Positions 24,359-36,354 of a stretch of DNA of 64,000 nt are shown here, piece after piece. A model generated the notes under the pieces. It was not told where the DNA came from and searched no databases. It saw nothing but the letters and a program-made list of their open reading frames with translations. Numbering within the stretch: the first letter of the stretch is position 1; each line of letters begins with the position of its first letter. The position numbers were made by a program, and so were the translations under genes. This DNA is from Squalus acanthias (Eukaryota): NCBI GenBank assembly GCA_030390025.1, contig JASTWF010000334.1:1-64000 (forward strand), read 5' to 3'.

Positions 24359-27300
24359 GGGCTTGATTTTGCCAGGCCCGTGGAGGCAGGATTGGAGGCA
24401 TGTGAGGTGTTAAAATTGCAAAAACTGGTGGGCGTGCCCTATCCTGCCTCCATCCCGCAATTTTCCCACATGCGAGTTTTCTGACCCCGTCTCTATCCCG
24501 CCTCCCAGAGGCGGGAAAGGCCCTTAAGGCCCTTAACAACCAGTTAAGTGCCTCTATAATCCCATTTTGAGAGGCCTTTCTGATTTTAACACTTTTCCCA
24601 CGTGCTTCCCGCCTCCTCTGAACACGCCAGTGAAACCTGGTGGCAACACAAGTGGATTGCTTACTTACAGCTGCAGCTCCACCATTAAAAATGTGTTTTC
24701 AGCAATCTTCATTTGTAAGTGGCAGAACTTTGTTGTCTCAGGTCTGGGGGAACTTTAAGCAGGCATACCCATTGTTGTGGAAGTTTGGAGCCTGACACCC
24801 ATCTCCAGTGTGACCTCCTGGGAAACCCCTCTCGCCACCTTGACTGAGCGCTTCCTCAACTGAGGCATATACCAGAAGCATGGGAACCATTTATTTGCTT
24901 TCCTCCTGGACATCAGATTCGGACGAAGACCAGCCGTGGCAGCAGCAGAACCATGAACAACAGCACCACCAGCAGCAGCAGCATCAAAAGGAGTGCCAAG
25001 CTGCTGCTCACCCACCTGAAGCTGCACAGGCCAGAAGGTGCCAGCGTGCGACTACATTGCTGCCTGGGATGCAAGGGAGGCACTTCACCAGATTTGCTTA
25101 GCCTGCACAATCAAACACTTTTGCCTCGCACCTTCTTATCAGACCATCGACAATGGCCAAGATCCTGTGGATTCCTATCACTCTGACCACCATACTGACA
25201 TTTGCAAGTCATACTAAGCCCTCAATGTGGAAGTCCCATTTGCGAAATGACAGACGCCACAACTTCAGCAGTTTGCCAGCAGAATTTTTTATCACACTAA
25301 GCATGTGCTGGCATTTCAAGATTAAACACAACATTACACCCAAGTGACTACCCTTGTGACTACTTGTGCATTATTTTTCTTTTACGCGTGCTTCTACGTG
25401 GTGCTTCCCCTGTGACATCAGCAGATGTGGAGGCCCCTTGCTCACTTTCTTGCTGATCCTGCCTCGACACCTTTGGCGGGCGTCCTCTGGGGTTGCGAGC
25501 CTGTGAGGGCTCGGCAACAGTCTGTTGCTCCTGCGGCTGTGCAGGGGTTGAGACGCCGATCTCAGTTGGGTGGGGACTCTGGTGGGACTCTGACCGAGGG
25601 CTCTGCAGTGGCATGGAAGTGTGAGCGCTTGGAGAGGAGCCCCCACTTCCTTGATGTCTGCCACCAACTTCCCTCTCATGGGTCAGCTCCACCTCAGTGC
25701 TTGCAAGTGGCTTGAGAGCACCTTGCTGCACATCAGGGGGGCCATGGGGACCCGTCTCTGCACTGGCAGTCCTACTCAGAAGGACTTCCATGAAGCTCTG
25801 GTTTCTCTGTTAAATAGCTGACCATTGCTCCTCCAGAGATGTCAGTCTATTCTGAACACTCACCATGTTTTCCTCACTTCGGCGACTTACTGCCTCCATG
25901 GCCGTAGCCAGCCTTTCCACAGAGCTTGCCATCCTTTCCGTAGTGCTGCGTTCATGCGCCAATGCCTCCACAAAGGCTCTGCTCATGTTAGCGAGGGACT
26001 CCTCCATTCGCTCCACACTCGCAGCTACCCTAGAGACAAAACCTGCCAGAGACTCCTGCACCTGTTGCTGGAGTTCCAGCACCGCTGTTCTTCTGGATGG
26101 ACCCGGAGGCACAGGATTGACATGCAGCTGAGCCGAGCTGGCAGAGTCCTGCGCCCTCCGACGAGGACTCTCCATTGCTGTCCCTGTCTCCACCATCTGC
26201 TGATGCTCACTTGTGAGCTGTGATACACCAGGTGACAACACTACTCTATCTCGCGAGGGTCCCACCGAGGTGTGAGTGTCTGCGCTGGTGCTGGGTGCTC
26301 TGAATTCTGCTGATGCTACGCCCTCAGAGGTTGGAGCTTCCTCTGAGGAGTGTGGAAGCTCAGGGTCTTCCTCCTGGACAGTGGGGATGGTGGCTTTGGA
26401 TGGTCCTGTGGGGAAGTAAAGGAAAGAGTTAGAGATGTGAGGTCATGGTTACATGAACATTGAATAGTGCAGATGATCATAAGTCAATCAGTTAGAGCAT
26501 CAGCTTCATTATCAGTGACTCATGCAATGTCAATGAGAGAGATGCCAAACTATTCTGGCACCAGCTTGCTGTGATGCGCCCGTCTGTCCGTCCCCCACTT
26601 GCGCACCCTCCTCCACTCCCACAATCTCCAGGGCCGCCTCCTCCGCAGGGGTGAGCTGGGCTATTGAGGGTGGCCCTCCTCCTGTCCTCGCCCTCTCCCT
26701 CTTATTGTGGGCTCTCTTTTCCTGCAATGAGGGACACAAGTGGAGTTTGAGTGAAAATGAAGAAGTGAGTGTAGAGATTCCATAGCATAGATGCTTAGAA
26801 GGAGACAAAGATGGAGTGAGGTGCCAGGACCAAGGGCCCTCCCTGTGTGTTGTAAGTTATTGTCATAGCATCACAGTAGTAGGGAGTGTGAGGGCTGCAT
26901 AGTCGAATAGCTAAGTGAATGTGAACATACAGAGAGAGGGAATGGGTAAGGGTGCAGGGATGTCAGTGTCAAGTGGGATGTGGAGGAAGAGGTTGGCAAA
27001 GCAGAATGCTGGTGAGGAGAGGCGATGGGGATCAGATTGAGGGTGATGAGAAAGTCATACTCACTTTTCCAGTGCGCAGAAGGTCATGAAACCTCTTCCT
27101 GCACTGCAGCCAGGTTCTCCGGCACATAGACAGAGAATTGAGCTCCTGGGCCACTTGCATCCACACAGCTTTAGTCTGCTGAGGAGGCTTTTTCCTCCCT
27201 GAGGAAGGGAAGAGCACCTCCTTATTGGATCTGGCTTCCTCCACCAGAGCTTGCAGGGCGGCTTCATCAAAGCGTGGAGCAGACTTTGGCCTGCTGCTGG

Positions 27301-27585
27301 ACATCGTTGCTGAAATAAGGGCTTACAGCAATGGGCATGAAGTTTGTAGTCTGCAGAAGAAGCAAGGCTGCATGCAGGCCTTAAATCCAGCAGCACTGAT
27401 GACGTCATCGGAGGCGACTTTCAGGATGGAAAGACTAATTGGGCCAGGGGTTCCCACACGCTGGAAATCAAGTGTCCAATTCGGGGAAAATCGCAATTTT
27501 TTCCCACATCTCATTGGAGATAGGGTGGCTAACACGAAAACCAGCTGACACGCCCCCAGCCCGCCCCAATGGCAAAATCGAGCCC
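24359..27585. mobile_element. Harbinger family A, copy 2 (TIR to TIR, 3.2 kb): transposase deleted, Myb gene retained
   Basis: TIRs GGGCTTGATTTTGCCA / TGGCAAAATCGAGCCC. Transposase stub at 24880-25101. Confidence 0.92.
25360..27304 (-). pseudogene. Harbinger Myb/SANT-like DNA-binding gene, 3 exons (27304-27065, 26721-26562, 26405-25360), ~481 codons with one in-frame stop
   Basis: GT-AG junctions with phases 0 and 1 join into one frame: Myb domain (APRFDEAALQALV..WMQVAQELN..TWLQCRKRFHDL), EKRAHNKRERARTGGG, a coiled coil, and C-terminal RRSTRKRK. Single TAA at 25810-25812. Confidence 0.85.
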
Positions 27586-27657
27586 GTTAACTCTGTTTCT
27601 CTCTCCACATATGCTGCCTGACCTGCTGAGTATTTCCAGCATTTTCTGTTTTTAGTT
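27586..27657 (+). mobile_element. Penelope-terminus-derived short repeat (hammerhead core missing)
   Basis: GTTAACTCTGTTTCTCTCTCCACATATGCTGCCTGACCTGCTGAG; same family as 2035-2119 and 49549-49654. Confidence 0.7.
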
Positions 27658-28225
27658 TATACTAGTTAGGCTACAGCTGGAGTACAGTGTACAATTCTGG
27701 TCACCACATTACAGGAAGAATGTGGTTGCACTAGAGAGGGTACCGAAGAGATTTACGAGGTTGTTGCCAGGATGAGAAAAGATTGGATAGGCTAGGATAG
27801 TTTTCTTTGGAACAGAGCAGGCTGAGGGGAGACTTGATTGAGATTTATAAAATTATGAGGGACCCAGATAGAGTGGATAGGAAGGACCTATTTCCTTTAG
27901 CAGAGAGGTCAATAGCCAGGGGGCATAGATTTAAAGTAATTGATAGAAGGATTAGAGGGGAGTTGAGGAGAATGTTTTTCACCAGAGGGTGGGGGTGCGG
28001 GGTGGGGTCTGGAACTCACTGCCTGAAAAGGTGGTAGAGGCAGAAACCCAAATCACATTTAAAAGTACTTGGATATGCACTTGAAGTGCTGTAACCTACA
28101 CGGCTACAGGTCAAGAGCAAGAAAGAGGGATTAGGCTGGATAGCTCTTTTTCGGCTGGGCAGAGACGATATGTGTCGAATGGCCTCCTTCTGCACCATAA
28201 ATTTCAATGATTCTATAATTCTATG
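27658..28225 (+). mobile_element. CR1 3' fragment
   Basis: RLRGDLIEIYKIMR..RGHRFK, followed by the 3' UTR. Confidence 0.9.
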
Positions 28226-28744
28226 AAACAGAGGTAGAAAGGCGGAGAGTTTTAGAGAGGGAATTCCAGAGCTTAGGGCCTTGGCAGCTGAAGGCACGGC
28301 CACGAATTGCTGAGCGATTAAAATCAGGGATGCTCAAGAGGTCAGAATTAGAGCAGCGCAGATATCTCGGGGGGTTGTGGGGCTGGAGATAGGGAGTGGG
28401 GCGAGGCCCTGGAGGGATTTGAAAAGAAGGATGAGCATTTTGAAATCGAGGCGTTACTTAACCTGGAGTCAATGTAGGTCAACGAGCACAGGGATGATGG
28501 GTGAACGGGACTTGGTGCGAGTTAGGACACGGGCAGCAGAGTTTGCATGACCTCAAAGTTACGTAGGGTAGAACGTGGGAGGCCAGCCAAGAGTGCGTTG
28601 GAATATTCAAGTCTAGAGTTAACAAAGGCGTGGATGAGGGTTCCAACAGCAGATGAGCTGAGACAGTGGCCAAGTTGGGCGACATTACAGAGGTGGAAAT
28701 AGGCGGTCTCAGTTATGGTGAGGATATGTGGTCAGAAGCTCATT
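28226..28744 (-). mobile_element. L2 3'-region fragment
   Basis: Homologous to 29150-29670 and, inverted, to 43140-43470. Confidence 0.8.
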
Positions 28745-28869
28745 TCATTCCAAGCCACTGAAAGGCCTCCACTCTCCAGCCAGAACCTGATAACTGGAGG
28801 ACATTGTGAGAACGTGTTCGATAGCCTCGGGGTTAAATCCAGACCGGGTCAGATTGAAAATCTCTGACA

Positions 28870-30010
28870 GGGCCTGGGTACTACCTAATGTTACAGTCCT
28901 GTCCTCCCCCCGACCCCCACAGCCCCCAGGGACTAGGTAGTACATGTGGTTACAATACAACAACAACAACTGGCATTTATATCGTGCCGTTAATGTAGTA
29001 AAATGACCCAAGGAACTTCACAGGAACAATTATCAAACAAAATTTGACACCGAGCCACATAAGGAGATATTAGGGCAGGTGACCAAAAGCTTGATCAAAG
29101 AAGTAGGTTTTAAGGAGCATCTTAAAGAAGGAGAGAGTTGTCGAGATGTGGAGAGGTTTGGGAAGGGAATTCCAGAGATTAGGGCCTAGGTAGCTGAAGG
29201 CACGGCTGTCAATGTTTTTTTTTGGGGGGGAGCAAAACTGGTGGGGTGAAGACAATCGGGCAGGCGCAAGTGGCCAGAATTGGAGGAGCGCAGAGATCAC
29301 GGAGGGATGTAGGGCTGGAGGAGGTTACAGAGATAGGGAGAGGTGAGGCCATGGAGTTACTTGAACACAAGGATGAGAATTTTAAAATTGAGTCATTGCC
29401 GGACCGGAAGCCAATGTAGTACAGCAACAACAGAGCTGCTGGGTGAATGGGCTTGGTGCAAGTTAGGATACAGGCAGCAGAGTTTTGGGAATCTCAAGTT
29501 CACAGATGGTGCAAGGTGGGAGGCCGACCTGGAGAGCATTGGAGCAATTGAGTCTGGAGGTAACAGAGGCATGGATGAGGGATTCAGCAGCAGATGAGGT
29601 GAACCAGGGGCGGAGATGGGCGATATCGAGGAGGGGTAAGTAATGGAGAGAATATGGGGTCGGAAGCTCAGCCCAGTCAAATAGGAATGCAAGGTTTTGA
29701 AGAGTCTGGTTCAGCCTCAGACTGTGCCAGGGAGAGGGATGGAGTCGGTGGCTAGGGAATGAAGTTTGTGGCGGGGACCGAAGACAATCATTTTGGTCTT
29801 CCCAATATTTAATTGGAGGAAATTGCTGCTCAGCCAATACTGTCTTTTCACCCCAGGGACTGTGTCTTAGGGGGTCACAATAGTATGTTTTCACCCCAGG
29901 GACTGGGGACTACGTAGGGTTACAATACTGTCCTCATACCCCAGGGACTGGGTCTAATGTGGTTACAATACTGTCCTTTCCCCTCACGGTTTGGGTAGTG
30001 TCTGGGATTA
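28870..30010. repeat. Degenerate ~40-bp minisatellite (CCCCAGGGACTGGG..GGTTACAATACTGTC) interrupted by an L2
   Basis: Units at 28870-28957 and 29836-30010. Confidence 0.7.
28958..29834 (-). mobile_element. L2 3' end with (GTT)n tail
   Basis: Translates to IHASVTSRLNCSNAL and LHWLPV. (CAA)n tail on the + strand; CAATAC duplicated at both junctions. Confidence 0.85.
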
Positions 30011-30189
30011 CATTTCTTTCCATATAATTCTGGCCATTTGTATGTTTGAGTCAAGACACAGTGTGTCGGCAGGCTATTCTTCATGGGGGGTTTTCACTGT
30101 GGTCACAACCGGATCCCAGCCTGTCCTCCCTTTGGGTTGTGTCTCTTGTCAGTCAGGCTGACCAGGGAAGGCCCAGTGGAGAAGTGAGG

Positions 30190-30440
30190 CAGTCGCTGAG
30201 GTTCAGAAACGTCCATATACACTTGTACTTCCTGCAGGAACGTTGGATAATGAGGAGCCGCAGGAACGCTGGCTGATTTCCGCCTCCCTATCCCAGGGGT
30301 TCTGAGGCCAAGTGTAGCCTCCCTAAAGCTACACTGAGATCAGCTAATTTAGCTCAAACCCGGAATGGACACTGGCACCTGCCTGGCTCGGATAGTTCAG
30401 AGACTCAGTGCCCAAATCCAGTGAACCGTCGGGAGCTCAT
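30190..30440 (-). repeat. Old SINE-like interspersed repeat
   Basis: Minus strand GGGAGGCTACACTTGGCCTCAG..AAATCAGCCAGCGTTCCTG resembles 52265-52490 (+). Confidence 0.45.
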
Positions 30441-30830
30441 TGTGTATTCATTCATTTATTTTCACATTTCAGGGGATCCCTGGATTAGGGTCCATTCCGA
30501 AAACCCTTCCCTCAGTGAAAGGTGGAAGTCTCATCTCCTGGTCATCGGAGAAAAGTTCCAAGCTAATCCCTCGGTTACTGAGATCATCCAAGTACAGTTG
30601 CAGGGAAAGAAAGGACACAACTGCCCAGCTTAGTGGGAGGCTCATAGGAAAAGCATTGATCATCAGAGACAAGCAGCACAAGACACTCTGTCCCCCTGAG
30701 CCCTCTTCAATTCTGGCTGTGTAGATTCTTGAAGATCTGTGGTGGTTGGTGTTCGATATAATTGAAACCAAATGCACCTACGGTTGACGGGAACGGGATC
30801 ACAGTCCCAGGCACAAGTTGTCCCAGATGT

Positions 30831-31803
30831 CTTCTTCTTCTTAGGCAGTCCCTCGGAACCGAGGATGACTTGCTTCCACATTAAAAATGAGTTCGCAGGT
30901 GACTGATGAGTCCAATGCGGGACCTACAGTCTCTGTCACAGGTGGGGCAGACGGTGGTTGAAGGAGCAGGTGGGTGGGGTGCTTGGGTTGACGTGCGCTC
31001 CTTGCGCTGCCTGCGCTTGGCTTCCGCTTGCTCCCGGCGAAGAGACTCGAGCTATTCGGCGCCTTCCCGGATGCTTCTCCTCCACTTTGTGCAGTCTTGG
31101 GCCAGGGATTCCCAGGTGTCAGTGGGGATGTTGCACTTTTTCAAGGAGGCTTTGAGGGTGTCCTTGAAGCGTTTCCTCTGCCCACCTGGGGCTCTCTTGC
31201 CGTGCCGGAGCTCCGAGTAGAGCGCTTGTTTTGAGAATCTCGTATCGGGCATTCGGACAATGTGACCCGTCCATCGGAGCTGATCGAGCGTGGTCAAAGC
31301 TTCGATGCTGGGGATGTTGGCCTGAGCAAGAACACTGACGTTGGTGCGCCTATCCTGCCAATGGATTTGCAGGATCTTGCGGAGGCAGCGTTGGTGGTAC
31401 CTCTCCAGTGCTTTGAGGTGCCTGCTGTACATGGTCCATGTCTCTGAGGCATACAACAGGGCGGGTATCACTGCTTCTCTGTAGACCATGAGCTTAGTGC
31501 CGGGTTTGAGGTCCTGGTCTTCAAACACTCTCTTCCTCAGGCGACCGAAGGCTGCACTGGCACACTGAAGGCGGTGTTGGACTTCGTCGTCGACGTCTGC
31601 CCTTGTTCACAGTAGGCTCCCGAGGTATGGAAAGTGGTCCACATTGTCCAAGGCCTTGTCGTGGATTTTGATAATCGAGGGGCAGTACTGTGTGGCGGGG
31701 GCAGGTTGGTAGAGGACCTTTGTCTTACGGATGTTTAGTGTAAGGCCCATGCTCTCGTATGCTTTGGCGAAGGTGTTGACGATGGTTTGGAGTTCGACCT
31801 CCG
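30831..31803 (-). mobile_element. 5'-truncated RTE-clade LINE
   Basis: TKLMVYREAVIPALLYASETW..HQRCLRKILQIHWQD..QLRWTGHIVRM..GGQRKRFKDTLK. (AAG)n tail and TSD AGATGT (30825-30830, 31804-31809). Confidence 0.95.
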
Positions 31804-31964
31804 AGATGTAGAATGTAGGTGAAGGCTGAATAGATGAAGACACTGAGATGCTTGTATCATTTTCCAGTCCCCGACTGCCCCTTTCACTTACCTGTGTGAC
31901 TTTTACAGATACTCAGTTCTGAGCAGAGGAGTCTTGTCTTGAATCGGGCTTCAATTGGTCGGTT

Positions 31965-32195
31965 GTCTGTCTCTCTCTCTCTCTTTGTTTGTCTCTCTTT
32001 CTCTTTATTCTCATTCTCTCTGTCACTCTCCATCGCTCTGTCTCTCTGGCATTCTCTGTCTGTCTCTATTTTTCTCTCTCTGTCTGTCTGTCTGTCACTT
32101 TCTGTCTCACTCTTTCTGTCTGCCTCTGTATGTCCGTTTCACTCTATCTGTCTGTCTTTCTCTATCTGTCTCTCTCTGTCTCTCTATCTCTCTCC
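31965..32195. repeat. Degenerate (CT)n microsatellite
   Basis: Directly visible. Confidence 0.9.
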
Positions 32196-32199
32196 CTTC

Positions 32200-33510
32200 A
32201 CACCACAAGCTAGCACTTGTCCCTCTGTTTCATTTCAGGAGCTGAATATGTGGAAGCCCCTGTCCCAGTGGTGGAAGAGGAGCTCAGTCTTCCTGAAGAT
32301 GGACCTTCACTCAATCTGACTCTCGCAAGCACCAGCTCAGATATTGGTACCACGCGTACTTTAGAGGGTACGTTAGAGGAGGTATCTGCATGTACTGACT
32401 CACCGGGCACAATTGCGCAGGAGCTAGGGCAGGTGGGTAGGCTGCCACAGATGCCAGCTCACTGGAGGGGAGATTGCATACTAGCTCTACTGCAGAGAAC
32501 CCAGATACTGACTTTGAGGGCCCAGCTTACCGAGGAAGGCAGATGGGCCCCTACCAGCAAATGCGATGGTCACTGGGCAGCCTGCCAGTGAGTTTGAGCA
32601 CAATGTTACCGAGCACAGAGGAGTCCAATGTTAACTTGTGTCAAAGCTTCGTGCAGAGCATGGAGATATTCTGTCCAACATGGATGGAGTGGTCAGCTCC
32701 ATCAACACCACAGTGGCGACCCTGCCATGGAGCCTCTCCTGACAGTTCTCCAGCTGCCATGGAAGCTCAGACAGCTGTCACCTTGGCATTGAGGGCTAAT
32801 ATTGTCATTGGGCTTCCAGGGCATCATGTCAGTCCTGCACTCTGCTCTCACGCAGACCCATAGCAGTGCTGAGGCCCAGTCTCAGAAGAGTGGCTTTGGC
32901 TCCATGGGAGAAGTACTTGCTGTGGTCTCTCAGGGCATGGCTGCCCCTCCATCACCCACTCCATTGGTGCCCTTGATAGTGGCACACAGCCAGCTGGGCC
33001 TGACTGCCCCAGCCCACATCAAGATGCTGCCATCTGCAGCCGGGCTCTCTAGGCCCAGAGTTGCTCAATGTCGCTCACCATGGCCATCTGAAGTGTCCTC
33101 AATGGAAGCTCAGCAGCCTCCCACCTCCCAAGGTATAGACACTGGGGAAACACTTTGTAGGAGATCTAGGATAGGTAATCGAGCACTAATGGCTGGTACA
33201 AGGGTGAATTATAATCATTCCTGCTGATGATAACATACACTGGGACAATATTTGTTTGATAAATTTGTTTTTTGTCTGGATTTGGTGTTGGTGTTTATAT
33301 TTGTCATGAAGTGATTTCAAGACCCATGAAGCTGGACTGAAGGAAGGGAATCGGATGGCGATAGTAAGGATGGTGGTGATAAGGCCTGTGTGATTGTTGG
33401 TGTACTGGCGATGGGAGTGATGATTTAGGTGAAGTGCTCTTCGATGAACTCTGTCAGTTTGGGTCACTGGTGCTCGATGCCTCTCCTCCTCCTGCTGCTG
33501 CACATCTTGT
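32200..33510 (+). mobile_element. Harbinger remnant: last exon of a Myb partner gene and the convergent transposase 3' end
   Basis: Acceptor TTTCAG at ~32238, then ..LTLASTSSDIGTTRTLEG..STEESNVNLCQSFVQSME, similar to the 16.5-16.9 kb element. Confidence 0.65.
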
Positions 33511-33521
33511 GACAGAGTATG

Positions 33522-33781
33522 TCTGCCACTCTTTCTCTCTGTCGCTCTCTCTCTCTCTCTGTCGCATATCTCTTTGTCTCTCTCTATCTCCTCTCACTCT
33601 GTCTCTCTCTATGTCTCACTCTCTCCATCTGTCTCTCACTCCCTCTCTGTCTTTCTCTCTCCCTGTCTCTCTATCACTCTGTCTATATTTCTCCATCTCT
33701 CTCTCTCTGACTCTCTCTCACTGTCTCACTCAATCTTTCTTTCTCTCTATCTTTCTCTGTCTCTCTGTATCTCTATCACTA

Positions 33782-33814
<33 letters not shown>

Positions 33815-34140
33815 GTGCCTCTCTTTGTCCCTCTTTCTCTCTCTCTACCTCTCTCTGTCTCTCTCTCACTGTCTGTCTGTCTGTCTGTCCGTCTGTCTGT
33901 CTCACTGTCTCTCTGTCTCCCTCTCCCTCTGTCTATCTCATTCTATGTCTATCTCTCTGTCTCTCTCTCTCTGTCTCTGTCTCTCTCTCTCCCTAGCTCT
34001 CTGCCTCTATCTCTCTGTCTCGCGCTGTATCTCCCACTTTCTGTCTGTCTCTCTCTCTGGCACTCTCTCTATCTTTCTGTCTCGATCTCAGTCTCGCTCT
34101 CTCTCTCTGTCTATCTCGCTCTGTCTATCTCTCTCTCTGT

Positions 34141-34171
<31 letters not shown>

Positions 34172-34610
34172 CCTCTCTCTGTTTCTGTCTCTCTTTCTGT
34201 CTCAGTCTCTCGGTGTCTCTCCCTCTCAGTCTCTCTCTCTCTGTCTCTCACTGTCTCTGTCTCTCTCTGTCTTTGTCTCTCACTGTCACTGTCTCTCTCT
34301 GTCTCTGTCTCTTTGTTTCTCTCTTTCTCTGTCTCTCTGTGTCTCTCCCTCTCAGTCTCTCTCTCTCTGTCTCTCTCTCTGTCTCTCACTCTCTGTCTCT
34401 CTCTGTTTCTCTGTTCCTCTCTCTGTGTCTCTTTCTGTGTCTCACTCTGTCTCTCTCACTCTGTCTTTCTTTGTCTGTCTCTGTTTCTCACTGTCTCTGT
34501 CTCTCTCTCTCTCTGTCTCTCTCTCTCAGTCTCTCTCTGTCTGTCTCTCAGTCCCTCTCTCTGTATCTCACTCTGTCTCTCTCTCTCTGTCTCACTTTCT
34601 CTCTCTTTGT
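33522..34610. repeat. ~1.1-kb compound (CT)/(CTGT) polypyrimidine tract
   Basis: Directly visible; the S/L-rich ORFs over it are artefacts. Confidence 0.95.
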
Positions 34611-35220
34611 CCCCATGAAATATAGCCCGGGAAGGTAAGGAAGGAATTGTGGAAAAATGGTCCACGATTGCGGGAGGGGGGGAAGCCCACGCCTGGGGAG
34701 GTTCGAGGTATCCTTGTTGGGTAAAGAGGGGCACTCCTGCTCCTCCAGGCTGACAAGGAATCTGTAAAAGTTTAAAACTAACATTTACTGGACCTCCCGT
34801 GCCCAGGACCCTCGCTGTTCCCAGCTTTAGCTGGTGTGTTTGTGACCATGTGGGCCATAGTCGGGCCCAAGGTTAAAATGGGGTGCACGTTCCGATAACA
34901 TCATCGGGGTCAATGTTCCCCGTAATTTTTTTGGGTGTAGGCGGATCCTTTAAGGGGCTGTGCAGGCCATTCAGTTTCGCGCATGTGCAAATTTTAACAT
35001 TGGAAAAGCCGGTCCTGGACTGGTCAGGCAGAGAGCTGCGAGGCTGCACAGTTTAGAGGGAACGTTGATCAGGGTGCAACTTTGCTATTTAAACTAGGCC
35101 CCACTCCTCTGGGCTAGGTGGCCTTCTGGTGCCTGATTTCAGGCGAGTTACAGGGGTGGGGGTGGGGGAGGGGTGGGAAAGAATCAGGAATGCGGTGCGA
35201 AATCTCACCACCATCTGAAC

Positions 35221-35680
35221 GGTGTCAGTCGTGGCTCAGTTGGTAGCACTCTCACCTCTGAGTCTGAAGGTTGTGGATTCAAGACCCTCTCCAAAGACTT
35301 GAGCCCCAAAATCTAGGCTGACACTCCAGTGCAGTACTGAGGGAGTGCCGCACTGTCAGAGGTGCCATCGTTTGGATGAAATATTAAACTGAAGCCCAGC
35401 CTGCTCTCTCAGGTGAACGTAAAAGATCCCATGGCACTATATTGAAGAAGAGCAGGGGAGTTATCTCTGGTGTCCTTGCCAATATTTATTCCTCAATCAA
35501 CATCAGTGAAATAGATTACCTGGTCGTTATCACATTGCTGTTTCTGGGAGCTTGCTGTGTACAAATTGGCTGCTGCGTTTCGTACCTTACAACAGTGACT
35601 ACACTTCATTGGCTGTAAAGCACTTTGGGACGTCCTGAGGTCATGAAAAGCGTTATATAAATGCAAGTCTTTCCATCTTT
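35221..35680 (+). mobile_element. tRNA-headed DeuSINE (SacSINE1/AmnSINE1-like)
   Basis: A box TGGCTCAGTTGG, B-box-like GGATTCAAGACC, Deu-like core GTGCAGTACTGAGGGAGTGC..AAAAGATCCCATGGCACTAT and 3' ATATAAATGCAAGTCTTT. Confidence 0.88.
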
Positions 35681-35809
35681 CTTTTTCTTTTAACCCCTGC
35701 CGCCACCCATACCATTAGTGCCAGGCGGGGGAGGGGTTAAAATAACCCCCTGTAATTCTAACACAGGCAGCTCTATGAGACGGACACATCACCCAGTGAA
35801 ACAGAAGAC

Positions 35810-36270
35810 GGTGTGCGGCCTGTGTGTTTACAAAGTTCACCAGTTGGCAAAGTGCCTGGAATTCTCCCTCATGAAGCTATTCCAAGTTAACAGAGAGCAG
35901 CAATAAACAGGCCTAGCAAAACAATCGATGGAGAAATTGTCACTCAATTGGCAACTTTACAGAAACCAAATATTTCTTCCTCAATAATTTCCAGGTTTGA
36001 GTAACAGGTGGGACAGCAGTCACACAGCCTGTCACTTGTACCCTTACTGGCTGGCTCTCTTACAACAGGATGTGAGTTACACGGAAAGATTTTATGAAAA
36101 GCAGCTGATAGTACAACAGATAAAGATCCATCGCCACCTAAGCAGCGGCTCTACTTCATATCAAAATCTGTCCACTCAAATTCCCACGAGCTTTGCTTAA
36201 CCCTTTCCACATGCTCCCACTATGAACCCTTCACATTTTAGAGTAGAAATAACTGCTGGTTAATCAAATA
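35810..36270. repeat. Unclassified old interspersed repeat
   Basis: 35820-36060 matches 10745-10980 inverted; 36060-36270 matches 49345-49730 inverted. Confidence 0.75.
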
Positions 36271-36354
36271 AATTCTTAACTCACTGACACCACAGGGATG
36301 GCACAGCCAGACGTAGTGAAGTTCAACTCCTCTCAACTTTTCTGTCTCCAGACT

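Noticed and set aside
30421..30830. Possible host exon(s) after TTTCAG at ~30472
   Set aside because: No recognisable domain in any frame, no partner exons, and the segment is interrupted by an RTE insertion.
33434..34638. 394-aa and 266-aa Ser/Leu-rich ORFs
   Set aside because: Translation of a (CT)n tract, which lacks stop codons; the same applies to 11510-12136 and 31939-32319.
35221..35295. tRNA gene
   Set aside because: The A/B boxes belong to a SINE head continuing into the Deu core; no proper cloverleaf (same at 42660).
35997..36040. RWDS as a hAT transposase RWNS motif
   Set aside because: No CxxH motif or other hAT context, and the coding strand is ambiguous.
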